Virus record (IMG/VR): IMGVR_UViG_3300036820_000014
Span: 14,259-78,258 of that record
DNA: 64,000 bases
Source of the DNA: a virus
Direction: 5' to 3' (one strand)
This document shows, in pieces, positions 9,960-18,221 of this stretch (within the stretch, counting starts at the first letter, position 1; every line of letters starts with the position of its first letter). Position numbers and translations under genes: made by a program. The notes under the pieces were generated by a model, which was not told the origin of the DNA, made no database searches, and saw only the letters and a program-made list of their open reading frames with translations.

Positions 9960-9976
9960 CTATAGCCACGCTTTAG
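9960..9976. promoter_or_regulatory. 17-bp operator copy 1, overlapping a minus-strand -10 (TATAGT)
   Basis: CTATAG-CCACG-CTTTAG. Confidence 0.6.
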
Positions 9977-10040
9977 CCAAGCGGCTCGTTGGCACCCGCT
10001 CGAAGAGTACGCGGGACCGACCCTGGGATGGCGGTCCTTT

Positions 10041-10226
10041 TCACCGCCTCGGTCCGGCGTACCAACGACGAATCTCCTCCTGGTCGCGCGTCAGCCCTTC
10101 GACCTCATCTACAGCCTGCATCGTGGCGAACACGATGAAGTCAGCCATGCTGGTCTGCAACCCAGCGCAGACGGTCTTGATGCGTGTTATCTGAGACGGC
10201 GAGAACTGGACATCTCGATTGCCCAA
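10041..10226 (-). CDS. small ribbon-helix-helix-like protein
   Basis: VQFS...IK..C......SMADFIV.A. Confidence 0.5.
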   Translation of the reverse strand: MGNRDVQFSPSQITRIKTVCAGLQTSMADFIVFATMQAVDEVEGLTRDQEEIRRWYAGPRR

Positions 10227-10239
10227 GTCCTAGTCCTCG

Positions 10240-10668
10240 TCACCATCGTCGTCGTTCAGGGTCATCTTCCTCGCCGACTGGGTCGACCCCTACCAACCTG
10301 AACTGGCCTTTCGCTTCTTGCGTATCGCGCTCGCGCTTGTCTGCCACCTTGCCAACCATCTTGTCGAGCCGCGTGCCGGTGTCTTTGCGATCATCGATCA
10401 TCACGATCACCGCATCAAACTCCTCGATCTGATGTATTCCAAGCAGCAAGCCGTCCTCTTTCGAGTAGACGTTGGCATAGCTGGTCTTGCGCTGGCGGAT
10501 CCGCATCAGACAGTCCTCGTAGCCGTCTGTCTGGAAGACGTGCGGTGCTATGTCCACCGAGTCCTCCAGCCCGTTGCCCGTCTTCTTGATGACGATCGAC
10601 TGGCCGAGAATCGGTAGCCCGTTGTGCTCGCCGAGGTCGTTGTCTTCGTCAGTGTTTGCCACGGTCAT
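10240..10668 (-). CDS. hypothetical protein
   Basis: ATGA-coupled to the C5 MTase; GAGAGGA RBS. Confidence 0.65.
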   Translation of the reverse strand: MTVANTDEDNDLGEHNGLPILGQSIVIKKTGNGLEDSVDIAPHVFQTDGYEDCLMRIRQRKTSYANVYSKEDGLLLGIHQIEEFDAVIVMIDDRKDTGTRLDKMVGKVADKRERDTQEAKGQFRLVGVDPVGEEDDPERRRW

Positions 10669-12386
10669 TTGGTTCCTCTCTGTTGTTGGATCATGCGTCG
10701 GCCTATCCACTCTGCGACCGGAACGCAAACGGCATTGCCGAGCGTGCGGTATCGAGCTGAGTCGTTCAGAGTCGAGGTCCAGTCATCGGGGAATCCCTGG
10801 AGTCGTTCCACCTCCAGGGGCGTTAATCGTCGGACAGCGAGACTCCCCTGTGCTGATTCGTTTTCACCGCTCGTGGATCGCCCCACCGCTTGAACCTCTG
10901 ATAATGCTTGTCGCACAGGCCCAAGCCCTTCTGAGGCTTGCCACATACCGTGCAAAGTGCACGTCCGCAATGCTCCTTCATGTGACAGGAACGACAAATA
11001 CGTATCAAGTTGGTCGGCGAGTTGTTCAGGTGGTCGCCGTCCCGGTGGTGGACGTCCCTCGCTGAGGATCTCCCGCACTTCGAGCATGGTCCCGGTGGAC
11101 AGATGGCCCGCGCTCGTCTGTGCGTTGTGGACCAGTTCGGGGTCTTGCTCAGGTATCGCCCAGTGAACCCCATCGCCATGCACTTCTGATGGCAGAACTT
11201 CCGGCGTTCGAAGTGGAACAAGGACTCCAAGACACCATTCGACAAACGCTTCCTCTCCAACCTCTTCCCGCAGGACTCGCAGTACCGCTCCGGATCTGGC
11301 TTCCTCGGCATCGGCACGCGAATCACTGTAACCACCGGGTGAGGCTAGGACAGCAGTCGCGGTCCTAGCCGTGTGCCCGATCGCATCGAGGGTGTCGGTG
11401 CGGTCAGTCTCTTCCCATCGCTCGCAATCATCGGAGTCATGCGCCCGTTGCGCCTTGCGGTAGGCCACGACACGAACGCCTCGCTCGGTCGTCTTTGCTC
11501 CGTCGGTAGCCGAGATGGTCGGTGCCAGGTCGGTCGGAGTGGCCACCAGATCGGCTCCTTGCCCTGACTCTGGGTAGATCGAGAAGGCGACCAGGTGATG
11601 GGGTTCTTTTGCCTCATGGGCCGCAATTGGCGCGATCTGCTCCACCTCGTCCCACCATTCGTGGCCCGTCTCGGACGACACCGATACGCGCTCGTGCACG
11701 GCTACTCGGGCGCTGATGGCTGCTCCAGATTGGCCGACTGCTCCAGCGCTTGCCGCAAGCGTCCCGGCAACTCGCGACCCCGTCTCCCTGCTCGGCGGAG
11801 AATCCCCATCGCAGCTCTCGGGCTCAAAAAGTACCGAGAGTGCACCGGCTCTGTCTCCAAGACATCCGACAATGAAGACACGGCGGCGGCGCTGGGCCAC
11901 TCCGAAGAATTGAGCGTCAAGCACCCGGTAGGCCCACCCATACCCGAGTTCGGCCAGGGTTCCGAGAACCGTTGCCATGTCAGCTCCAGGACAGCATCCG
12001 GCACACTCGGCGTCATCGCATCCGGTGGGCTTGTGGCCCGACGAAAGCAGTCCAGGGACGTTCTCGATGAGAACCCAACGGGGAGCAAGCGCCTCACTGA
12101 CACGTACGAACTCGGTGAAAAGTCCGGATCGCTCGCCAGCCAGTCCCTTACGACGTCCAGCCACACTGACGTCTTGGCACGGGAATCCTCCGCAGAGAAC
12201 ATCGACTCTTGGGGCATCGGGACCTATCTCTTTCACATCATCGAAGCGGAGCATCTCCGGCCAGTGGAACTCCAGAACTTTGCGCGCGTCGGGATCGATC
12301 TCGCACTGCCAGGCACACGTCATCCCCGCTCGTTCGAGCCCCAGTCCTATGCCTTCGATCCCACTGAAGAGGGAACCGAATCTCAC
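10665..12386 (-). CDS. DNA (cytosine-5) methyltransferase with large internal insertion
   Basis: SLFSGIEG, GGFPCQDVS, ENVPG, QRRRRVF, RRLTPLEVERLQGFPD, GNAV. Confidence 0.95.
   Translation of the reverse strand: MRFGSLFSGIEGIGLGLERAGMTCAWQCEIDPDARKVLEFHWPEMLRFDDVKEIGPDAPRVDVLCGGFPCQDVSVAGRRKGLAGERSGLFTEFVRVSEALAPRWVLIENVPGLLSSGHKPTGCDDAECAGCCPGADMATVLGTLAELGYGWAYRVLDAQFFGVAQRRRRVFIVGCLGDRAGALSVLFEPESCDGDSPPSRETGSRVAGTLAASAGAVGQSGAAISARVAVHERVSVSSETGHEWWDEVEQIAPIAAHEAKEPHHLVAFSIYPESGQGADLVATPTDLAPTISATDGAKTTERGVRVVAYRKAQRAHDSDDCERWEETDRTDTLDAIGHTARTATAVLASPGGYSDSRADAEEARSGAVLRVLREEVGEEAFVEWCLGVLVPLRTPEVLPSEVHGDGVHWAIPEQDPELVHNAQTSAGHLSTGTMLEVREILSEGRPPPGRRPPEQLADQLDTYLSFLSHEGALRTCTLHGMWQASEGLGPVRQALSEVQAVGRSTSGENESAQGSLAVRRLTPLEVERLQGFPDDWTSTLNDSARYRTLGNAVCVPVAEWIGRRMIQQQRGTK
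10823..11311 (-). CDS. HNH endonuclease nested in the +1 frame of the C5 MTase
   Basis: CSKCG...DVHHRDGDHLNNSPTNL..ICRSCHMKEH plus N- and C-terminal zinc fingers (CESC, CTVC..GLCDKHY). Confidence 0.8.
   Translation of the reverse strand: MPRKPDPERYCESCGKRLERKRLSNGVLESLFHFERRKFCHQKCMAMGFTGRYLSKTPNWSTTHRRARAICPPGPCSKCGRSSARDVHHRDGDHLNNSPTNLIRICRSCHMKEHCGRALCTVCGKPQKGLGLCDKHYQRFKRWGDPRAVKTNQHRGVSLSDD
11702..12217 (-). CDS. M.EcoHK31I-beta-like methyltransferase subunit nested in the +1 frame
   Basis: WPNSGM...LTLNSSEWPS...SSLSDVLE...RYFLSPRA.MGILRRA.RRGR.LP..L..AL. Confidence 0.75.
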   Translation of the reverse strand: MPQESMFSAEDSRAKTSVWLDVVRDWLASDPDFSPSSYVSVRRLLPVGFSSRTSLDCFRRATSPPDAMTPSVPDAVLELTWQRFSEPWPNSGMGGPTGCLTLNSSEWPSAAAVSSLSDVLETEPVHSRYFLSPRAAMGILRRAGRRGRELPGRLRQALEQSANLEQPSAPE

Positions 12387-12616
12387 GCGTGGGCCCTGCC
12401 CCTGCAGGTGGCGAAGTGAGCGAAGCGACGTGGGCCTTCATGGACCTCGTCCTTTTTCAGGATCCTCACCATTGGCACATCGGAGTCTGGATCGATCATC
12501 ACGACCTTGGCCTTGTCGCCTTTGTCTGGCCACGGGTTGACGGGCATGCGCTTGCCCTTCTCAGTCACACACCACACGATCGCCACGCCGCAACGATTGC
12601 ATTTGGTTGTCTTCAC
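12383..12616 (-). CDS. conserved small phage protein
   Basis: CNRCG..IVW..T.KGKRMPVN...HFATC. Confidence 0.75.
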   Translation of the reverse strand: MKTTKCNRCGVAIVWCVTEKGKRMPVNPWPDKGDKAKVVMIDPDSDVPMVRILKKDEVHEGPRRFAHFATCRGRAHA

Positions 12617-13935
12617 GCCGTCTCCTCCTCTACGCCACGTCCTAACTCGAGCAACCGGCCTGCGGGAGACGCTGGCGTCGTGTCCTCGACAGACAGGAAC
12701 ATCCCAACCCGCTCGCGTGCCAGGTCGGCGTTCCGCCCATCGATGTCAATCCCCACGGCGGTACGACCGTGACCAGTGGCCACCATGAGCGTCGTGCCAC
12801 TGCCGGCGAATGGATCCAAGACGCACCCAGGGCGGTAGTCGTCGTGAGAGCAGGCTGTCCAACCGAGGGTGGTGGCGACTCGGTCCATGGTTGGCTTTCC
12901 AGCTGCACCCGTTCCGTTCGTGCGTCCATCGGGTTCTTTCAGGTCACGTCGCTGCCCAGTGGTCCCACCTGACCCGCGGACGTAAGAGACATCGACCATC
13001 CGCCTCGACGGCTCCCCACACACCCGACAAACACGTTCCGGGCACATCGACTTGATAAAGGGCACACACAGGTCGGCCGGCCAGGTCGCATAGTGCGATC
13101 CCTTGTAGGGCGATGTCGGGATCACCAGGTAGGACGGGAACTCCTGGTCTTCGTCCATCTCGATCCAGTCGAGGGGTGGCGCGCCCGCCTCGTTGATCGG
13201 TGAATTGCGAAATCGCTCTCCCTTGTCGTTCAGCGACACGTCCTTGCGCTCGTGGCGGTTGTCATCGGGGAACTTGTGCGGCGTCCGCACCGCGTCCTGG
13301 TCGTAGTAACGCGTCCGGCTCTTGCACGCCACGGTCAGATAGCTCGTAGCGGGTCTGAACTTGTCCCCCAGCGCGCCGACGGGTGGGTTCGGACGATTCC
13401 ACGCCACCAGATTCCTGATGCGCCAGGGGTCGATGGTGCGCTCTGGACGGAGCAGGTTGCGCCCGTAGGCGAGCGACCAGGCGAAGAGGGTGGGGATGCC
13501 GGTGAGGGACTTGTCAAGGGGCCAGCCGAGGCGAGCCTTCGTCATTCGCCCCGGGCCCGTGCGCTCCATCGTGGACTCGACGCGGCGGGCATAGGCGCTG
13601 CCCGTGAACGCGGGCTGAGCGGCTCGCAGGCCGTTGTCGGTGTAGTCCCCGCCCGCCCCGCCGCTTCCGCTGTAGGTGTCGCCGAGCTCGAACACCAGCG
13701 AACCGTGCGGCGCGAGCACGCGGTCACAGGCCTCCACCACGTCGAGCAAGTCGTCGAGGAAGCCAGCCGGCGTCGGCTCCGATCCGATCTCCTTGGATTT
13801 CTCGGGATGATCGGGTGGTAGGTAACTCCGCAGAGCAAGAAACGGAGGAGAACTCAGTATCAGGTCGACGGATTCGTCTGGCAACGAAGCCAGGCCATCG
13901 AGGACGTCGCCGACGATGAACCGCGCGGTGCTCAC
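12613..13935 (-). CDS. DNA N4-cytosine/N6-adenine methyltransferase (beta class)
   Basis: SSPPF (motif IV), HYATWP, VLDPFAGSGTT. Confidence 0.9.
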   Translation of the reverse strand: MSTARFIVGDVLDGLASLPDESVDLILSSPPFLALRSYLPPDHPEKSKEIGSEPTPAGFLDDLLDVVEACDRVLAPHGSLVFELGDTYSGSGGAGGDYTDNGLRAAQPAFTGSAYARRVESTMERTGPGRMTKARLGWPLDKSLTGIPTLFAWSLAYGRNLLRPERTIDPWRIRNLVAWNRPNPPVGALGDKFRPATSYLTVACKSRTRYYDQDAVRTPHKFPDDNRHERKDVSLNDKGERFRNSPINEAGAPPLDWIEMDEDQEFPSYLVIPTSPYKGSHYATWPADLCVPFIKSMCPERVCRVCGEPSRRMVDVSYVRGSGGTTGQRRDLKEPDGRTNGTGAAGKPTMDRVATTLGWTACSHDDYRPGCVLDPFAGSGTTLMVATGHGRTAVGIDIDGRNADLARERVGMFLSVEDTTPASPAGRLLELGRGVEEETA

Positions 13936-15713
13936 CCAGCATCCAAGAACAAGACATCGCAGGCCACCACATAGCCCTTGTCGGGATAGTCGATGAGACC
14001 CAGGGTCCTCAGACGGCCGAGGATGTTTCCGAAGGTGCCTCCGATATTGGGTCCGACCGAGTACCCCGCGATCTCGCCGGCGTGCTGCTTGGTGAGTGCG
14101 TCAGGGTAGGCCGCGATGATCCCCGAGAGCACCCGGCCTTCCGGATCGGTGAGCTTAGAGAGGACCTCACCCTGCAACCCCTCGCTCGTGCGCTCGATGT
14201 CCGGCGCGACAGCGAGATGGCGCCCCTCGTCCGTGAGCCGCACCCGTCCGGATACCGGATAGTCGAGGAGCCCAGCGCCTCGAAGCTGACCCAGGAGATT
14301 GCCGAACGTGCCGCCCACACTCTTTCCGACCCGATAGCCGGCGATGAAACCCGTCTGGATCTTCGTGGGTTGATCGAACCCGACCTCGCGGAGCCAGGCG
14401 AGGGCATCCAAGATCCTGTGCTGCGGCTTGGTGAGGTTGTAGAGGTCGGTACCGGAGACGGGCTTAGGCGCTCTGACGGAGTCGTGGTCAGAGCCGTGGC
14501 GCACCGATTCGCCGCGCGCCTTGGCGGGAGTGGCCACGCGCTGGTTGAGTTTGCGCTCGAACTCGATCACATTGCCGCGCTGAGTCGTCTCCCATCTCAG
14601 TCGCTCCTGGACCTCGCCGAGTAACCCGCTCCAAGGCTCAAGCGCTTCTTCGAGCCGGATGACAAGCGATTCATCGATGACTGGAACCTCTATGCGCTCG
14701 ATGATGCGCTCGGGCTCGGGTAGGACGATCGTTCCAGCCTTGACCAACTCGGCTGTGAGCTCGGCGATGCGGCGCTTGAGCTCCTTCGGGTCATCGGCCT
14801 TGGCGCGCTCGATCGTGTCGGCCATCTGTTCCTTGATCGCAGCCAGGTCGACGTCGGCCAGCTTCACTGGCGGACGAGTGGCCTTCCTGCCGACGAGTGG
14901 CGTCGCACCCGAGTCGAAGGTACGCCGCCGGCGGAAGCGGACCCGATCGATCGCCTTCAGCCAGCTCGGCGAGATTACGAAGGACTCTCCGTCGTCCAGC
15001 GTCGGCAGCTCGCGGACGAGGTCGGCACCGCTCGCGTGGTAGTCACACCATCCGAGGATCTTCTTGCGGTCAGGAGGCCCGGTCGTCCGCATGGCAAAGA
15101 GCGTGCCCACCTGAGTGAGCACGTCGTTGTTGAGCGATGCTGACCGTTGGGTTATTAGCGTGGCTCCGATGCCTCGGAATCGGCCACGCTTGACGATCTG
15201 CTCAAACGCTCCGACGACCTCGGCCGCTTCGCCTCGGACCATCTGAGGGATGTACTCGTCGGCCTCTTCGCAGAACAGGTGAAGCGGTTCGCGGTTGAAC
15301 CGGTAGAGCCGCTTGGCGAAGTCCCGGAGGAACCGGCGCTGGTCGGCTCTCGTCATCTCCGACACATCGAGCACGCACGTGAGACGGTGCTCTACGACAA
15401 GATCGGCGATGAGGTTGCCAGATGACGGCTCGAGCGGGACGTCGCCGTGCAGGCCGCCGAACACGACGATCGACAGGCCAGCCCCAGAGCCATCGCCCGA
15501 TGACCTGAGGCCCCACCAATCACCCTTCGGATCCACCGCCACCCAGGGAAGCTCATGGTCGTACATCTCCTCAGCGAGGACAGCGGCGGCGTTCGACTTG
15601 CCGGCACCTTTCACCGCCAAGATCCCGAAGGTCTCGGTCACTCCTTGCAGCGGGATCTTGAACGTCGCGCCAGCTTCGGACTTACCGAGATGGAGGTACT
15701 GGTCCCTACTCAC
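13932..15713 (-). CDS. HerA/FtsK-like ATPase (DUF87/DUF853-like) with tandem C-terminal winged helices
   Basis: AVKGAGKS Walker A, VDPKGDWWG, LFCEEAD, KRGRFRGIG...TQR. Confidence 0.8.
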   Translation of the reverse strand: MSRDQYLHLGKSEAGATFKIPLQGVTETFGILAVKGAGKSNAAAVLAEEMYDHELPWVAVDPKGDWWGLRSSGDGSGAGLSIVVFGGLHGDVPLEPSSGNLIADLVVEHRLTCVLDVSEMTRADQRRFLRDFAKRLYRFNREPLHLFCEEADEYIPQMVRGEAAEVVGAFEQIVKRGRFRGIGATLITQRSASLNNDVLTQVGTLFAMRTTGPPDRKKILGWCDYHASGADLVRELPTLDDGESFVISPSWLKAIDRVRFRRRRTFDSGATPLVGRKATRPPVKLADVDLAAIKEQMADTIERAKADDPKELKRRIAELTAELVKAGTIVLPEPERIIERIEVPVIDESLVIRLEEALEPWSGLLGEVQERLRWETTQRGNVIEFERKLNQRVATPAKARGESVRHGSDHDSVRAPKPVSGTDLYNLTKPQHRILDALAWLREVGFDQPTKIQTGFIAGYRVGKSVGGTFGNLLGQLRGAGLLDYPVSGRVRLTDEGRHLAVAPDIERTSEGLQGEVLSKLTDPEGRVLSGIIAAYPDALTKQHAGEIAGYSVGPNIGGTFGNILGRLRTLGLIDYPDKGYVVACDVLFLDAG

Positions 15714-15979
15714 TTGCGTCTCCCCTTCGGTTGGCTAGCCGCCTGGCACCGCGGGTGCGTGCAGATGGCCTTGTCGTGGTCGATCTTCATATGGCCACCT
15801 GACCAGTAGTCCCAGTCCCCCGGCTTGCATATCTGGCACGGTCGTTCGAATGCATAGCCACGACCGTCTGTGGTCCGGACGGTTCCGACCGGGATCTCAT
15901 CAGTCCCACCGCACTCGGGACACGGCCCGGGCGGATCCATGCCCGAGGTGAGGATGAGCGGCGCTCCGTCGTCGGTCAC
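15710..15979 (-). CDS. zinc-binding hypothetical protein
   Basis: CPECGG...PCQIC. Confidence 0.55.
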   Translation of the reverse strand: MTDDGAPLILTSGMDPPGPCPECGGTDEIPVGTVRTTDGRGYAFERPCQICKPGDWDYWSGGHMKIDHDKAICTHPRCQAASQPKGRRK

Positions 15980-16530
15980 GGTGCCCTTCCCAGCGCCAGG
16001 AACTCGTCAGCTCGCCCTAGAGCCCCACACTTGTCGAGATAGGTCGCCAGGGCTGGTGGAACCGTCTGGCCCGCCACGCGGTGCCTCGCCGAGCTGGACC
16101 CGTAGACCTTGGCGAACTGGCCGCGCAGGACACCGGGCTCGGTCGAGTTACAAATCTCCTCCCAGCCGAGAGCGGACACGGCCGAGGCGATAGCCGGGTG
16201 CGACCACTCAGGAGTGGCGTACCGACCGACCGAGCGGACCTTGTCGAGCATCTCGGTCATGGCCTCGTCGACATCGGGGATCCTCGGCGCATCGATTGCC
16301 ATCGCTTGGATGCTTTGAGCCTGCTCGCGTACCTTGCCCGGCGCCGGTGGGAACTCACGGTAGGCCAGGCTGGCAAGAGCGGCCTGGACCAGGTCGGCGT
16401 CGAGATCCCCGAGCACGTCGCGCCAGACCTTGAGCCGGACCTCCTGGAGGAACTGATGTTCCGGAATCCGGAAGGCGGTCCAGGTCTCCTCGCACCAGAG
16501 CCACGCGAGTTGGATCTCGCCGTCGGTCAC
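15976..16530 (-). CDS. replicative helicase loader/inhibitor (G39P-like)
   Basis: W..VL.DL....V.AA......FPP.PG.VR; follows the initiator gene. Confidence 0.7.
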   Translation of the reverse strand: MTDGEIQLAWLWCEETWTAFRIPEHQFLQEVRLKVWRDVLGDLDADLVQAALASLAYREFPPAPGKVREQAQSIQAMAIDAPRIPDVDEAMTEMLDKVRSVGRYATPEWSHPAIASAVSALGWEEICNSTEPGVLRGQFAKVYGSSSARHRVAGQTVPPALATYLDKCGALGRADEFLALGRAP

Positions 16531-17273
16531 CGTGCCTCCTCGGGTCGGTATCGAGACACCAGGCGATCGGCGACGCCAGAGGCACCCGAGGTGCCGCTGC
16601 GGGGTCGAGCCTTCGAGATGGCTGTCTGGAGGCCAGCCACGGTCCACGTGATGTCGCCCGCCTTGATCGCCCGCTCGACATCGGGGACGGAGCGACCTTT
16701 GCGAAGAGCGCGCTCGATGAGTTTCATCACAGCAGGGAACACGTTGCCGTTCGCTCGGGCGAGGTCGGGCTTCTCGGGCTGCTCGAAAGCAAGGATGGTG
16801 AGCCGGTGAGCTGCACGCGTCAGAGGGTCATCGGTTGGCTTTGCCGCCGCGCCGTTAGGCGCAAGAGTTGGGTTGCTTGGGTTGTCTTTGGTTAGTAACA
16901 GTGCGTTGTCACCGTTGTCACCCTTTACGGTCGCCGTTGTCACCCTTTCGCGCTCCTCATGTCCCCCTTTAGCCTCCCCCGAAAGGGTGACAGATTGTCC
17001 CGCTTTAGGACGGAGCAACCGGTACTCCGGAGTCCTTCCACGTCCGGTCGTCGAGGACAGCGCTTCGAGGTAGCCAGTTTCCACGAGGGCAGCCAATGTG
17101 CGAGTCACCGTCCGCTCCGAGCACCGGGCCTTGCGGGCCAGGTCCGCCCGTTTCAGCCAGAGGCGGTTGTCGTTCATGTCGTTCGCCACGTCGGCGAGGG
17201 CCAGGTGAACGACGAGCATGTCACCGGAGCACGGTGAGTGATCGAAGACCCAGCCGACAGCGGACGCGCTCAT
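16527..17273 (-). CDS. replication initiator (N-terminal wHTH)
   Basis: MS..AV.WV...LVVHLALAD.AND...LARKARCSERTV.R.L..L...GYL. Confidence 0.8.
   Translation of the reverse strand: MSASAVGWVFDHSPCSGDMLVVHLALADVANDMNDNRLWLKRADLARKARCSERTVTRTLAALVETGYLEALSSTTGRGRTPEYRLLRPKAGQSVTLSGEAKGGHEERERVTTATVKGDNGDNALLLTKDNPSNPTLAPNGAAAKPTDDPLTRAAHRLTILAFEQPEKPDLARANGNVFPAVMKLIERALRKGRSVPDVERAIKAGDITWTVAGLQTAISKARPRSGTSGASGVADRLVSRYRPEEAR
16868..17006. repeat. iteron-like repeats (putative origin) within the initiator gene
   Basis: TTGTCACC(CTTT) x3, degenerate TGTCCCCCTTT and TTGTCCCGCTTT, inverted AAAGGGTGACA; adjacent T/G-rich tract. Confidence 0.6.
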
Positions 17274-17385
17274 GCCATTGGACCTCCCGTCTCCGACACA
17301 CCGACTCGGTGACGGTACCTGCAAGACCCGGGTGCTTCCAGAGGTGTAACCGGTGGAAATGTTGCGGGCGACGTGTGGAAAACAC

Positions 17386-17664
17386 CTAGACATCCAGGGG
17401 AAGAGGGGGGACAAACTCGACGAATCCCAGGCGGGAGGCGATCTGGAGCGGTTGGGTCGGGTGCCGGTCGAAAAAACCTCTACAGACGGCGTTGTCTTTC
17501 CCGAGCGTTGAGTGACAGATGATGGCCGACTCGTTCGCCTTGGCATCGCTGACCATCTCGGCGAGCCGACCAGGGTTGAGGTGCATCAGGTTCCCAGGCC
17601 GGAATACACAAGTTGCACACAATTGTGCACAAACGTGGACACGTCCGTGCCGGTAGGCGTTCAC
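17386..17664 (-). CDS. Cys/His-rich hypothetical protein
   Basis: CATCVFRPG...ICH....AVCRGF. Confidence 0.65.
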   Translation of the reverse strand: MNAYRHGRVHVCAQLCATCVFRPGNLMHLNPGRLAEMVSDAKANESAIICHSTLGKDNAVCRGFFDRHPTQPLQIASRLGFVEFVPPLPLDV

Positions 17665-18221
17665 GTGCTTGGCTTGCCCATGACCGCGCGATATATCGCG
17701 CGGGCCCACCTGGCATCTCCGAGTGCGGTATGACGAGCGAACTGGTCGGGGTTCACTCCCACCAGACCGGACAGGTACTCCGAATCCCACGGAGGCTCCT
17801 CGATATGGTCGAACCCCCCCTGGGAAGACGAACCGGCGACAAAGCCCGCCGCCAGAGCCTCAACATCGATGAGGTGGTAATGCCACCGAGGCGACCGGCC
17901 GTGATGCCACATGAGCCGACGTAGGCGCTCCTCGTCGAAACTGGGGACGGCACCGACGATGTGAGTGCCGGACTCGATGTAAAGCCATAGGCGCGAGGCG
18001 GCATATGCGGGATGGACCGCAGCCCGAGCGTTATACCGATCATGAAAGCCGCTGATCTCAAGCGCCTTGGGGTGAGCGAGAGAGATGTCTCGGTCGGTCA
18101 CCTGGATTTGGAACTCCACCTCCTCGCCAGATGGCAGGATCAACCCCACTTCCCATACGGGGTTGAAGTCCGGATCCAGACCAAGGGTTTCGGTATCGAG
18201 GAAACAGACCGGTGCGCTCAC
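17661..18221 (-). CDS. DnaQ-like (DEDDh) 3'-5' exonuclease
   Basis: FLDTETLGL, GAVPSFD, HTALGDA. Confidence 0.9.
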   Translation of the reverse strand: MSAPVCFLDTETLGLDPDFNPVWEVGLILPSGEEVEFQIQVTDRDISLAHPKALEISGFHDRYNARAAVHPAYAASRLWLYIESGTHIVGAVPSFDEERLRRLMWHHGRSPRWHYHLIDVEALAAGFVAGSSSQGGFDHIEEPPWDSEYLSGLVGVNPDQFARHTALGDARWARAIYRAVMGKPST

